NCBI GenBank assembly: GCA_963793265.1
Contig: CAWBZI010000006.1
Location: 736,001-800,000, forward strand
Direction: 5' to 3'
DNA: 64,000 nt
DNA from: an uncultured cyanobacterium
GTDB taxonomy: Bacteria; Cyanobacteriota; Cyanobacteriia; Phormidesmidales; Phormidesmidaceae
Shown: in pieces, positions 1 through 9,845 of the stretch
How positions within the stretch are numbered: the first letter of the stretch is position 1
How the letters are laid out: each line of letters starts with the position of its first letter
The notes under the pieces: model-generated
Databases searched by the model: none
Told to the model about the DNA's origin: nothing
The model's input: the letters and a program-made list of their open reading frames with translations, nothing else
Translations under genes and position numbers: made by a program

Positions 1-365
1 TCACCCCGGTAAACATACACCTTACGCTCGCTTATCTTGAGTAAAAGCCGAACGGCTTGAGCCTCTGCGTTTTGATCTGTAGAGGTCGTAGCGTCCACCG
101 CTGGTTCAGGCGCTACTACCGCATCGGGCACTGGTTGAGAAACTGGCTCGGTGCGACGCTCTGGAATAGTTCGCAGTAAGTCTCGTATCGTTGGCCTCGG
201 CTGCGCGTCTGAGAGTGACTGAGCGCTCAATGTCTGAGCGGACTCACTAAGCCGATCCTCGGCAAGCGCATGGCTAGGACTTAGCGTACTTAGTAGTAGG
301 CCACCGACGCCCGCAGCAAGCGATCGAAAGGCGAGCTGCCTGTAGCCATGTAACTTATGGTTCAT
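1..365 (-). CDS. L,D-transpeptidase (YkuD/ErfK family), runs off the window start
   Basis: Manual translation from ATG 365: MNHKLHGYRQLAFRSLAAGVGGLLLSTLSPSHALA (signal peptide), Pro/Ala-rich linker, then LLLKISERKVYVYRG, the typical first strands of a cyanobacterial YkuD domain. The catalytic motif lies outside the window. Confidence 0.7.
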   Translation of the reverse strand, partial: MNHKLHGYRQLAFRSLAAGVGGLLLSTLSPSHALAEDRLSESAQTLSAQSLSDAQPRPTIRDLLRTIPERRTEPVSQPVPDAVVAPEPAVDATTSTDQNAEAQAVRLLLKISERKVYVYRG

Positions 366-512
366 GGGGATGTTTAGCTTAATATAGATGTCTTTTAGCG
401 GTAGATCATTGATACTTTGTGCATAAACTCTAACCCAAAAGAGTCAGTAGGACTGTCTACCTTTTGACACTATCTCAAAATGGATTCTTATTGGTAGCAA
501 CGCATACAAACT

Positions 513-1430
513 TCAAGAGGCAGTCGCTTCTGATAGCACAGCAGACTGTCGTGACTTTTCCCAAAAGAAACCGGCGACCATGGCCATTTGAGAGAGTAAA
601 AATAGACCTGATAGTGAGAGTTGAAAGCCGTTGACGCGCTGCTTGAGTGGATAGGCTAAAAGGTTGAGATAGAAGGAGAAAGGCTCTACTTTGATTTTGT
701 CTTCGGTTCTTTTGGCGCGAGCGGTATGAAAGTAGAATGCGCCGCGCCCATAGCTGAAGTGCTGTTTCCAGAAGGAGCGGAAGGAGAGATCGTGAGCGTG
801 GACGATGTTGACTTCGGGGGCGTAGATAAGCGGATGGTTGTTCTGCCGCCAGCGATCGCACAGCTCTCTGTCCTCAGATGCAATCCGCAAGTCGGCATTA
901 AAGCCGCCCACAGCTAAGAATGTCTCTTTAGCGACGCCCATATTGTTAGAGGTAAAGAAGCGAATAGAGGTTTCCTGCTTGTGAAAGTACGAATAGAGGT
1001 AGTCGATAAGCTGCTGAGAAGCCGATGAGTAAGGATTATTGGTCAGTGCGTTTAGCGTATGGCCGCCGATGAGGGCCTGGGGCAATCGCTTCAAATGCGC
1101 CGCAATTTTCTCAAGCCAATCGGGCTTAGGCATACAGTCGTCATCGGTGAAGGCGATATAGTCTCCTTTGGCTTGGGCAACGCCTGTGTTGCGCGCCGCA
1201 CCAGGGCCAGCGTTTTCCTGCACGAGTAATCGAATATTTAAATCTCCCTCGCCCTTGGCAGAGTCTACAACAGGCGTCAGACTCATATCGCTGCCGTCAT
1301 CAACAACAATGACTTCAACGCAGTCGCGGGGATAGTTTAGGGCTTGGAGTGATCGCAAGCAGTTCGCGAGCTGCTCGGGCCGGTTATAGGTTGGAATGAT
1401 AATTGAGAAGGAAAGCGGCATGATGGACAT
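513..1430 (-). CDS. Glycosyltransferase family 2
   Basis: SIIIPTYNR, VIVVDDGS, GPGAARNTG, FTDDDC (DxD) and SEDREL motifs; hydrophobic C-terminus. Confidence 0.9.
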   Translation of the reverse strand: MSIMPLSFSIIIPTYNRPEQLANCLRSLQALNYPRDCVEVIVVDDGSDMSLTPVVDSAKGEGDLNIRLLVQENAGPGAARNTGVAQAKGDYIAFTDDDCMPKPDWLEKIAAHLKRLPQALIGGHTLNALTNNPYSSASQQLIDYLYSYFHKQETSIRFFTSNNMGVAKETFLAVGGFNADLRIASEDRELCDRWRQNNHPLIYAPEVNIVHAHDLSFRSFWKQHFSYGRGAFYFHTARAKRTEDKIKVEPFSFYLNLLAYPLKQRVNGFQLSLSGLFLLSQMAMVAGFFWEKSRQSAVLSEATAS

Positions 1431-1495
1431 GGCGTGAAACTAAATTAAGGAGACGGTTAGCGAAAAGAATTGAAGTTCTGGTGCAGGAGCGGTGC

Positions 1496-2734
1496 TTATG
1501 GATGGCTGTATTGAGGTGAGTGCTTGGCGATCGCAGCAGTCTTCAGAAGATCGCGGTAAAGCCCCAAAAAGCTCTCGACACAGCGAGCTTCGCTAAACTC
1601 AGCGATCGCGCGCTGATGCCCTGCTGCGCCCATTCGCTCTGCCACACGCTGCTGCTGCAAGATAGGCAACAGTGCAGCGGCTAGAGCATCGACATCGCCA
1701 GGCGGCACCAAAGTGCCTGCTGCCTGCTGCTTGCCCACAATCTCAGGCTGAGCACCTACCGCACTCGCCACCACTGCCGTTCCCCGCATCATCGCCTCTG
1801 TCGTCACGTTGCCAAACGGCTCAGCCCACAGTGACGGTACCGCCTGCACCCATACCGAATCGAACTGTTGCTCTAGTTCAGCGCGCGAAATGTGCCCTAG
1901 CCAAATTACGTTCTCTTCAATGCCGAGCTGCTGAGCTAATGCTTTCAACAAGGCTTCATCAGCCCCTTTCCCAGCGATCTTAAGCTGCGCGTTCGGCACC
2001 TGCTCGCAGACTTTAGCAAACGCCTTGAATAAAGTTTCAACCCCTTTTTCAACCGAAAACCTTCCGGCATAGCCAACGGTAGGGACACATTCAGGCATAG
2101 AGCTTAGCGGCGGACGAGCAGATCGCTCAGGCACTCCGTTATAGATCACGCTCACTGACTTCATCCCTGCGGCCTCAAGCGTTTGCTTCATGCCTGCACT
2201 TAAGGCCACGACTCGATCAAACGTCTCTTTCCACCGATCCCACAGCGCGCGCTGCGCCATCATGACAACCCAGGTCTGGGGCGTCAGACAGCCCGCTTTC
2301 AGGCAAGCAGATCCAGGGTCAAACGGGCAGGCTTTACCGTCGGGTAAAATATTGGTTCCCATCGGACAAATTGCCTTGTACACTGCCGTTTGATAGAGGC
2401 TTGGGTAGGGCCGTAACAAAGGGAGAATTAGGGGTGAGAGCTGCCATAGGAACATCCGCACGTGAACCACGTCCGGTTGAAAATCTTTGAGGGTTCGTTT
2501 GAGCAATCGATAGGCTGAAAAATTGAGCGTTTGCGAGAGAACTTGAGCGCGGTTGCCGGTAGTCCCGTAGCAGGCATAGTCAGCTAGAATAGGGCTGTTT
2601 TTCACGACTTCAGCATTGCTTGTAAAAAGTCGGGCATCGTGGCCGCGATCGCGCAGCTGTTGCCGCAGCGTCAGCATTTGGATCTCTGCGCCACCGGTCG
2701 CCCCACCGTAATCGTTTATCAACAATATTTTCAT
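1496..2734 (-). CDS. Glycosyltransferase family 4 (GT-B fold)
   Basis: GGAE N-terminal motif, GRFSVEKG, PSLWAEPFGNVTTEAM (E-x7-E); Cys cluster ICP...CP...CLKAGC. Confidence 0.9.
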   Translation of the reverse strand: MKILLINDYGGATGGAEIQMLTLRQQLRDRGHDARLFTSNAEVVKNSPILADYACYGTTGNRAQVLSQTLNFSAYRLLKRTLKDFQPDVVHVRMFLWQLSPLILPLLRPYPSLYQTAVYKAICPMGTNILPDGKACPFDPGSACLKAGCLTPQTWVVMMAQRALWDRWKETFDRVVALSAGMKQTLEAAGMKSVSVIYNGVPERSARPPLSSMPECVPTVGYAGRFSVEKGVETLFKAFAKVCEQVPNAQLKIAGKGADEALLKALAQQLGIEENVIWLGHISRAELEQQFDSVWVQAVPSLWAEPFGNVTTEAMMRGTAVVASAVGAQPEIVGKQQAAGTLVPPGDVDALAAALLPILQQQRVAERMGAAGHQRAIAEFSEARCVESFLGLYRDLLKTAAIAKHSPQYSHP

Positions 2735-3774
2735 AGCAGGTGCTTGCGGGCATATTGGCGCGTCATCACGCGGTTGATTGCTGTTTCAATCGGTGCTAGT
2801 AGCCCAAACATCAGCAGCTTGTGCGGAAAAGAGCGGCGATCGCGCAAACCAAGCTTGTCCAACAGCGGTTTGAGAATGGTGTCTCTTCGCCGCCAGCCTA
2901 GCGCTTTGTACTTTTGCTTAAAGTAGCCGTCCTCTGCTAGGTTCCATTTCTCTTGCAAACGAGCCAGGCTAGTTAACTCCCAGTCATTGCTCCATCGCAG
3001 CATATAAAAAGGAATGTCGCGCCAGGCCAAGACCGGCCCCGGCACGTAGGTCACCACGCTATCAGGCTCAAAGTAGACCGTACGGCCTAGCGCCATCACG
3101 TTCATACAAAAGTCCAAATGCTCTTTGGTATTCAGCAGCGTTTCGTCAAAAGGCCCTAGCGTTTCAAATACATCGGCGCGCACTAACATACAGTGAAACT
3201 CGCACAGCTCTGTTTCGCACTGCTTAAGCTTAGAACGTACCGCCTCGACCGCTTTGTCTTGAAGGTACATCTTTTCTCTCAGGTGCCGCCGACTTTTTAC
3301 ATCAACCACAATATGAGACTCTCCACCCGCAAAGTGAACGATCTCGTGCACAGGCTCTTCGTGACACATCAAAGGCCCAACAACGGTTGCGTCTGTGCTT
3401 TTTGAACAGTCTATCAGCAGCCGTAGCCACCCAGGCTGAACCACCACGTCGTTATCGACAAACACCACGTAGGGCGTGTCCGCCTCGGCCAGTCCTAAAT
3501 TGCGCGCGCGGTTGGGCCAGAGGTAATGATCCCGGCGAATGAGCTTAAAGCCTTTTTCGTATGACTGCTGCTCGATGTATTCACGCTCTGGAGAGGGCGA
3601 ATTACCGTCTACATAAATCAGCTTAAAAGGAACCTGAGTATGCTCATAAAGACTATCCAGAGACTGTTTGGCATAGCTGAATCGTTCGCGCGGGGCGACC
3701 ACGATAGTCACTTCTGGCGCGTTCTCTTCTGGCATGTTTTCTTTGGGAAATGTCTCTTTTGCTTTCATTGACAA
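2731..3774 (-). CDS. Glycosyltransferase family 2
   Basis: IYVDGNS, ARNLG, FVDND, EHLDFC; 4-bp overlap with the downstream GT4 gene (translational coupling). Confidence 0.85.
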   Translation of the reverse strand: MSMKAKETFPKENMPEENAPEVTIVVAPRERFSYAKQSLDSLYEHTQVPFKLIYVDGNSPSPEREYIEQQSYEKGFKLIRRDHYLWPNRARNLGLAEADTPYVVFVDNDVVVQPGWLRLLIDCSKSTDATVVGPLMCHEEPVHEIVHFAGGESHIVVDVKSRRHLREKMYLQDKAVEAVRSKLKQCETELCEFHCMLVRADVFETLGPFDETLLNTKEHLDFCMNVMALGRTVYFEPDSVVTYVPGPVLAWRDIPFYMLRWSNDWELTSLARLQEKWNLAEDGYFKQKYKALGWRRRDTILKPLLDKLGLRDRRSFPHKLLMFGLLAPIETAINRVMTRQYARKHLL

Positions 3775-3836
3775 TATTCCTAAACCTTAATGCACAATTT
3801 CGACATAACTTCGACATAACAAGGTTAGCTAGCGAA

Positions 3837-5342
3837 TTAGCCTGCAAACACTTCTACACGGCCTTCCTTTGGCTTCTCTCCCGTCGCCTCTTCTGGCTTT
3901 TGAAGATTTTTAGCGTCGCTCCACTGCTCTTTCGTAAATTCCTCGTGGTACGAACGCTCAACGTTTACGTTCCAAAGGTCATGCGTTTCGCCTAGTATGT
4001 TTTTAGCGGCTAGCAGTCCAGTCAACATAGAATGATCTTGATTGTTGTATCGGTGCATACCGTTACGGCCTACCGTTTGCAGATTTTCAAACTGCTGTAG
4101 ATAGTCTTGAATCACGTCTAAATGCTGACGGTACATGCCATCGTAAACAGGATAGGCTTTCTTTTGACGAATAACCGTACCATCTTCTACATATTTTGTG
4201 TCAGGCACTAGGCCCAAGCCGACAATCTCTTCAGCAGCCTGCGCAATCAGATCTTCATCTGACATTTCCCAGAGGCGATCGCCCTCACTGCAAAAGTACT
4301 CCATCCCAACACAGGTCTTGCTTAAGTCCGGCACCATTGCCGCACTCCAATTCTTAAAGTTCTGAATGCGCCCCACCTTAAACTTTGGGCTGTGAATGTA
4401 AATCCAGTTATCAGGAAAAATATCCTTCAGGTTTATTACCAGCGGCACAATCAAAAAATCCCGGTACTTAAGACCTTTAGCCGCTTCTAGCACGCGAGCA
4501 GGCGGCGCGGGATCAAGGCACCTAGCGAGCGCGGTTACCGGCATACTAGAGACAAAGTTGTCGCCTGATAACTCAAGCGTTTCACCCGATTCATTTTGTG
4601 CAATCACTCGCTGAACCCGCTTGCCATCGTGCTCAACTTTGGTCACGCGCGTTTTCATGTGCACAGGCGAACCCTTATCGGCCAAAATCTCCTGGCACCG
4701 CTCCCACATCATGCCAGGGCCATAGATTGGATAGTCAAACTCTTTAATGAGTGTTTTGGTATCATTACTACCGAATATTGCGTTAATCACAGCTTTCTTG
4801 AGAGAAAGGCCCTTAATACGCTGAGCTGCCCACTCTGCCTGAATTTTATCGCAAGGAATACCCCAAACTTTCTCGGTGTACGACTTAAAGAACGTTCGGT
4901 AAAGGCGATTACCAAATCTCTCTATCACCCAGTCCTCTAGGTTTTCTGCCTCTGCCCCAGGACTGATTTTGCCTTTAATCTGTGACTTCAAGTAGCTAGC
5001 AATAATCAGGCCGCTATCTACTACGCCCAAGTTAGAGAGCGTACTGCCGATAGAAAGCGGATAGTCAAAGAACTTTCCCTGGTAATAAATCCGCGAGAGT
5101 CTGGGCACTTGAATAAACTCATCGCCCAAGATCTCTTTCCAAATTTGCTGAACCTCACCCACCTTAGTAAAAAAGCGATGCCCGCCAATATCAAAGCGAT
5201 ATCCTTTGTATATTTCTGTCCTAGAGATGCCGCCAACCTTATCGGCCTGCTCTAAAACAACCGACTTCTGGCCCTTTTTGGCCAATTCGTAAGCCGCTGT
5301 TAGCCCTGCTGGCCCTGCACCCATCACCACAGTATTAGTCAT
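3837..5342 (-). CDS. NAD(P)/FAD-dependent oxidoreductase (UDP-galactopyranose mutase / protoporphyrinogen oxidase-like superfamily)
   Basis: GAGPAGLTAA Rossmann motif, DIGGHRFFTK, AYPVYD, GRNGMHRYNNQDHSM. Confidence 0.8.
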   Translation of the reverse strand: MTNTVVMGAGPAGLTAAYELAKKGQKSVVLEQADKVGGISRTEIYKGYRFDIGGHRFFTKVGEVQQIWKEILGDEFIQVPRLSRIYYQGKFFDYPLSIGSTLSNLGVVDSGLIIASYLKSQIKGKISPGAEAENLEDWVIERFGNRLYRTFFKSYTEKVWGIPCDKIQAEWAAQRIKGLSLKKAVINAIFGSNDTKTLIKEFDYPIYGPGMMWERCQEILADKGSPVHMKTRVTKVEHDGKRVQRVIAQNESGETLELSGDNFVSSMPVTALARCLDPAPPARVLEAAKGLKYRDFLIVPLVINLKDIFPDNWIYIHSPKFKVGRIQNFKNWSAAMVPDLSKTCVGMEYFCSEGDRLWEMSDEDLIAQAAEEIVGLGLVPDTKYVEDGTVIRQKKAYPVYDGMYRQHLDVIQDYLQQFENLQTVGRNGMHRYNNQDHSMLTGLLAAKNILGETHDLWNVNVERSYHEEFTKEQWSDAKNLQKPEEATGEKPKEGRVEVFAG

Positions 5343-5414
5343 AAAAATATCTCCAAATGCCCTATTAATTCAAAAGATTCATCAAAAAAGTTAAGCGCTA
5401 CTGCCGTATCAAAA

Positions 5415-6461
5415 TCAGATTCGACGCGGCCTGTTTAGCCAGCCGTACTGCTGTAGCTCGTGGCGCAACGTGCCGACAACAAAAGCCAGTCCGCTGTATA
5501 GATAGTAAAGCCAGTGCCAGGGCAGCGCGCGGGCTGCGAATAGAGCGCCACGTTTGCGATAAAAGAACTGGTATACCGGCCAATTTATAGCGAGCAGCAT
5601 CAAGCATAGTCCAACTGCAAACCACAGCGCTGGTTGAAACCACAGCGCTGCAATCATTGCAAAACAAAGTGCATAGGTAAGCGCTACACTCACGCGACTT
5701 GACCACTTTAAGTTGAGGTCGCTCGTAAAGCGCTGATATTGCTGCGGGCGATCCTGACGGATTTTTAGCAGCAGCGCCATCCAGGGAAGCGCCCTGTAAA
5801 AGACCTCCGCTCTGAGCAGTGAAAAAGGTGTCCAATGCTTCAAATGCTTGACCTGAATGCATTTACACAGCCGAATGTTGTAGCCTGACTGGCGCAATCG
5901 ATAGCCCAGCTCAATGTCTTCGATACAGGGCTTGCGGTAGCTCTCATCGAAGCCGCCCAGCTCCAAAAATACCTGCTTGTTGACAGCGCCGCAGGCACCC
6001 CAAAAGGTAGAAGCTTCTACGCTGGCATCTTGGTGGGTGTAGTGATGGAAGAGATTCTTGTACTGAGAGAGAAAGTTCGCTGCGCCGGGCGCGTCGTCGT
6101 AAGAACCGATGAGCGCAGTGATGCCAGGATGCGCTTGAAAAGCGTAAATCACTCTTGGCACTGTGGTCGGGTGAATTTCTACATCGGCATCGACAAAAAA
6201 CACGATATCGGCTGAAGCAGCCTTAGCACCGACGTTCCTAGCCCGAGCTGGCCCACCGGATTCGGGCAAAAGAATTACTTTGAATCCTTTCTCTTCCGCC
6301 AGCCGCCAGCTCCCATCAGACGTGCCGTCAGCAACTACAATGACCTCAGCAGAGGCGCGCCACCGACTCATTGCATCCAAGCATTTGCGAAAACTCTCGC
6401 CCCCGTTGTGTACTGGAATGACAATAGACACGGGAGGCGAATCAGAAATTAACTTCTCCAT
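5415..6461 (-). CDS. Glycosyltransferase family 2 with C-terminal transmembrane helices
   Basis: SIVIPVHN, GPARARN, FVDAD, IEDIELG; 2-3 hydrophobic C-terminal segments; ATG 6461 preferred over TTG 6494. Confidence 0.88.
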   Translation of the reverse strand: MEKLISDSPPVSIVIPVHNGGESFRKCLDAMSRWRASAEVIVVADGTSDGSWRLAEEKGFKVILLPESGGPARARNVGAKAASADIVFFVDADVEIHPTTVPRVIYAFQAHPGITALIGSYDDAPGAANFLSQYKNLFHHYTHQDASVEASTFWGACGAVNKQVFLELGGFDESYRKPCIEDIELGYRLRQSGYNIRLCKCIQVKHLKHWTPFSLLRAEVFYRALPWMALLLKIRQDRPQQYQRFTSDLNLKWSSRVSVALTYALCFAMIAALWFQPALWFAVGLCLMLLAINWPVYQFFYRKRGALFAARALPWHWLYYLYSGLAFVVGTLRHELQQYGWLNRPRRI

Positions 6462-6998
6462 AGGGATACGAGATAGGACGTGAAATGCACGCAAGGGCTA
6501 TGTGTCTCTCAAGAAAGCTGGGAGAGACGTGTGACTGTGTGTATCCAGGAAGCTGTCTTGAAGGCTGCATTCAGTTCGTTGGAACAGACAGCAGAATAGT
6601 GCCGCTTGTTAGATGATTCTATTGAGAGCTGCTGTCACAAAGAAACATGAAGACAACAGCACAACATCGCATCCCTACTATTAAAGTAAAAACATTCAGG
6701 TGTAGTTGTAGACATCTATCTGAGGGTGTGCTGAATTTGCAGCCAGCAGGAACGCTTAGGTAGTATGTGAAAGTTATCCACCGCGCTTAGTAGTTACACG
6801 TAGGGGCGTTTGGGCCCACTATAGCAGGTTAATTCGAGCAGCCATAAATTACCGAACTGTCTTCATCGTTTCTTGATTGTGCTTGTCCATATTTTCCGAT
6901 CCCCTATACTTCGGGAACTTTTTGTAGAAGCCGGACACTTTAGAGGATAAATAGGATATTTGGGACGACGCTATCGTTACATCCTCAGAGGATTCATG

Positions 6999-8579
6999 CT
7001 ACTGCTTTAGATCGCTTTTGTACTGAGAAATTTTGAACCAAGTTCCAGGGCCAACTTCTTTTTCAAATTCTTGAATTACCCAGTCGCCTGTCTTTCCACC
7101 GCCGCGCCTGGCGCTCTCATAAAGATAATCGACGATGGCAAGCTGCTCATCTAGCGTAGGGCGCGCCCCAAAGAGGGAGCCATAGCACCAGCTAGGGATA
7201 GGCGATCGCCCGCACTGATCGTAAAACGCTCTATCGGCCCAGCTAGGCGGACGATTCGCCTTAAAAGCCCGTCGCCGATGACCGTGATACAGCTCTATGA
7301 GCGTAGGCACATCCCGAATTTGCTGAGCTTGGGCATTGGAGTAGATTTCCACCATACTTTCTGTATTAATGGGGCGATCGCTGACCCATTTATGCTCACA
7401 GTCGGGGCACTTCACAATAAACGCAAGCACAATTCGACCGCAGGCTGGACAGGGCTTAGTTGGCGCAGCGCCACCACCACTGGTAGCAGCCTTTCGAGTT
7501 GGTAATGTATATTCTGTTACATCTTCAGGAAAACCAAGCCGCTCCAAATTTCCAGCCTGGTCGAGAATAATACCGTAGTCTTTACCCGTATGCGGCGAAA
7601 TTCTCATCACCCGACCAAGCTGTTGAAAGTGCATCGCGCTAGATTTTGTAGGGCGTAGCATCAGCCCGACTTCTACACTGGGCTCGTCAAAACCAATGCT
7701 GATGACGTTGCAGGAGGTGAGCACCATCAGCTCGCCTGTTTTGAGCGCGTGATAGAGCTTTTTGCGGTCTTTAATAGAGGTGTTGCCATCAACGGTATCT
7801 GCCGTGATTCCCGCCTTGCGAAATTCTTCAGCCACGTGATTAGCGTGTTCTATATCTACGCAAAAGGCAATCGTGCGTTTGTTGTGGCCAATGCGAAACC
7901 ATTCTTCAACAATTTTTTCGACGAGTTCTGTGCGATCGCAAGCATTCTTCAAATCTCTCTCATCATAATCGCCTCGCGCCGTCTTCACCTCCTCCAGATT
8001 CGCCATGCTATCTCTTGGCATACTGTAATACTTCATTTGCGAGAGATAGCCCATATCTTGCAGCACGTTCGGCACAGGCGAAGCCACCAATGTGTCTAAA
8101 TAATCTCCTAGCTGCTCTTTTCCTAATCTCAGCGGCGTTGCTGTCATTACCAAATGAACCGCATCTTTGTGGGTGCGCATCATCACCTTTTTACCCACCT
8201 GGCTGAACAGCGTAATGTGGCCCTCATCATAAAACACCACATCGGCAGGCCATGTTTGCCACCAGCGTCGCTTCGCCATCGTTTGAATGCTGGCAATCTG
8301 AATCGGCGCGTCGCGATTTTCTTCCCAGCCCGCTTTTATAAAGCCGCACTGCAAGCCAAACGCCTTCATCTTTTCGTAGGTTTGGCCCACCAGCACATCT
8401 AGATGCACCAAAAACATCAGCCGCTTACCGGCTTCTTCTGCGTGGGCGCAAATTTGGCCGCTAATAATAGTTTTACCCGCACCTGTACCCGCGATAATAG
8501 CCACCCTTTTATGGCCTTCGTTTAGTTCGTGGTACAGGTCGTTCACAAGCTGAACTTGGTAGGGCCGTAGGGTAGGCAT
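6999..8579 (-). CDS. Superfamily 2 DEAD/DEAH-box helicase, RadD/YejH-like, with zinc finger
   Basis: LRPYQ, Walker A GTGAGKT, DEGH, TATP, motif VI QQLGRVMR, CPACG...CPDC. Confidence 0.88.
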   Translation of the reverse strand: MPTLRPYQVQLVNDLYHELNEGHKRVAIIAGTGAGKTIISGQICAHAEEAGKRLMFLVHLDVLVGQTYEKMKAFGLQCGFIKAGWEENRDAPIQIASIQTMAKRRWWQTWPADVVFYDEGHITLFSQVGKKVMMRTHKDAVHLVMTATPLRLGKEQLGDYLDTLVASPVPNVLQDMGYLSQMKYYSMPRDSMANLEEVKTARGDYDERDLKNACDRTELVEKIVEEWFRIGHNKRTIAFCVDIEHANHVAEEFRKAGITADTVDGNTSIKDRKKLYHALKTGELMVLTSCNVISIGFDEPSVEVGLMLRPTKSSAMHFQQLGRVMRISPHTGKDYGIILDQAGNLERLGFPEDVTEYTLPTRKAATSGGGAAPTKPCPACGRIVLAFIVKCPDCEHKWVSDRPINTESMVEIYSNAQAQQIRDVPTLIELYHGHRRRAFKANRPPSWADRAFYDQCGRSPIPSWCYGSLFGARPTLDEQLAIVDYLYESARRGGGKTGDWVIQEFEKEVGPGTWFKISQYKSDLKQ

Positions 8580-8802
8580 AGCAGTAGTGAGTTTGAACTA
8601 GGCTCATATAAAACTAGGTTTCTATAATACGCCGCGCTTGCAAAACTGCTTAGCTGAATAGCAATAGGCAAAGCAAGCGCCAGCTAAATTGCAGACACAT
8701 TACATTGTTGTAATTTATCCCTATGTCCATTGGCAGAGAGTTATGTTGCATATCGATTGTTATGGTGTGAGTACATTATTCTTTAAGGAGAACACAACAA
8801 AT

Positions 8803-9606
8803 ATGGTTAATTTATTCACAACCCTTCGTCGCCATCGCACCATCGCTACTAGCCTTGTGCTAGCAGCTTCTATGAGCGTCATAGCAGCGTGTGGGCCAGC
8901 AGAAACTGAGACAGAACAAGAAGCTGCAGATAATGTATCAGTAGAGGAAGTCGCCAGCGGCACTGAAGGCTTAGTTGGTGAAACTGTCTCCATTCGGGGA
9001 GAAGTGGAAGAGACAGTTGATGATACTTCTTTTTTGCTCGAAGACGATAAGCTCTTTGGTGGCGAAGATGTGTTAGTCATCAACGCTTCTGGCGAGCCCT
9101 TTGTACTGATTGACGGCGATGATACTGAAGTGCAGGTGACAGGCGAAGTTCAGCAGCTTGTCATTGCTGACTTTGAAACGGAGTACAGCCTTACGCTCGA
9201 TCCTACGCTGTATGCAGATTATGAAGACCGCCCGGTCGTAGTGGCTCAGTCTATTGCGCTTTCTCCTGATCCAGGTGACATTACCAGCGATCCTGAGAAG
9301 TACTACAACAAGCGAATTGCGATACAAGGAGAGGTCGAAGATAAGCTTTCGCCAACAACTTTCACATTAGACGAAGAGCAGCTTTTTGCAGGTGAAGACT
9401 TGCTTGTGCTGACTCAAGGCGCTACGCCTGATACTCAAGATGGTGAGTCGGTCACAGTAACAGGCATTCTACGGCCTTATGTAAAAGCAGAGTTCGATAC
9501 TGATTACGATTTGGATTGGGATCTTTCAGTTGAAGAGCAGGTAGAAGCAGAATACAGTGAAAAGCCTGTGTTTGTGGCTGATGGCGTTTATCCTTCTGCG
9601 ATGTAG
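8803..9606 (+). CDS. Acidic lipoprotein with two internal repeats (hypothetical)
   Basis: RBS TAAGGAG at 8784-8790, ATG 8803, lipobox IAAC; two copies of a V/I-x-I-x-GEVE...LF-x-GED-x-LV...VTG unit. Confidence 0.8.
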   Translation: MVNLFTTLRRHRTIATSLVLAASMSVIAACGPAETETEQEAADNVSVEEVASGTEGLVGETVSIRGEVEETVDDTSFLLEDDKLFGGEDVLVINASGEPFVLIDGDDTEVQVTGEVQQLVIADFETEYSLTLDPTLYADYEDRPVVVAQSIALSPDPGDITSDPEKYYNKRIAIQGEVEDKLSPTTFTLDEEQLFAGEDLLVLTQGATPDTQDGESVTVTGILRPYVKAEFDTDYDLDWDLSVEEQVEAEYSEKPVFVADGVYPSAM

Positions 9607-9649
9607 GATTCTCTCTTTCTCATTTCCTGATTGAATCTTGATTAGAGCC

Positions 9650-9688
9650 AAGGCATCCCTACGAGTAATTGGTAGGGATGCCTTTTTG
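9650..9688 (+). terminator. Rho-independent terminator
   Basis: AAGGCATCCCTAC / GTAGGGATGCCTT inverted repeat followed by a T-run, just after the lipoprotein gene. Confidence 0.8.
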
Positions 9689-9845
9689 TTTACATGTTAG
9701 TGACTGCTATCCACCATGGTAAGTACGACCCAAGCTGTATTGTGCAGCGATGCGCACTTTATTCGGCCAAAAGGGTGATGAAGTATAAATCATGACGGCG
9801 ATAGGGTACGTAAGCTCGTTGTTTATACAAAGTAGGTGTGTAGTT

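Noticed and set aside
6766..6782. DnaA box (TTATCCACC) or CRP-like site (TGTGA-N6-TCCAC)
   Set aside because: Single imperfect matches with no cluster or origin context
6999..8579. Type III restriction-modification Res subunit
   Set aside because: No adjacent methyltransferase and no recognisable nuclease domain
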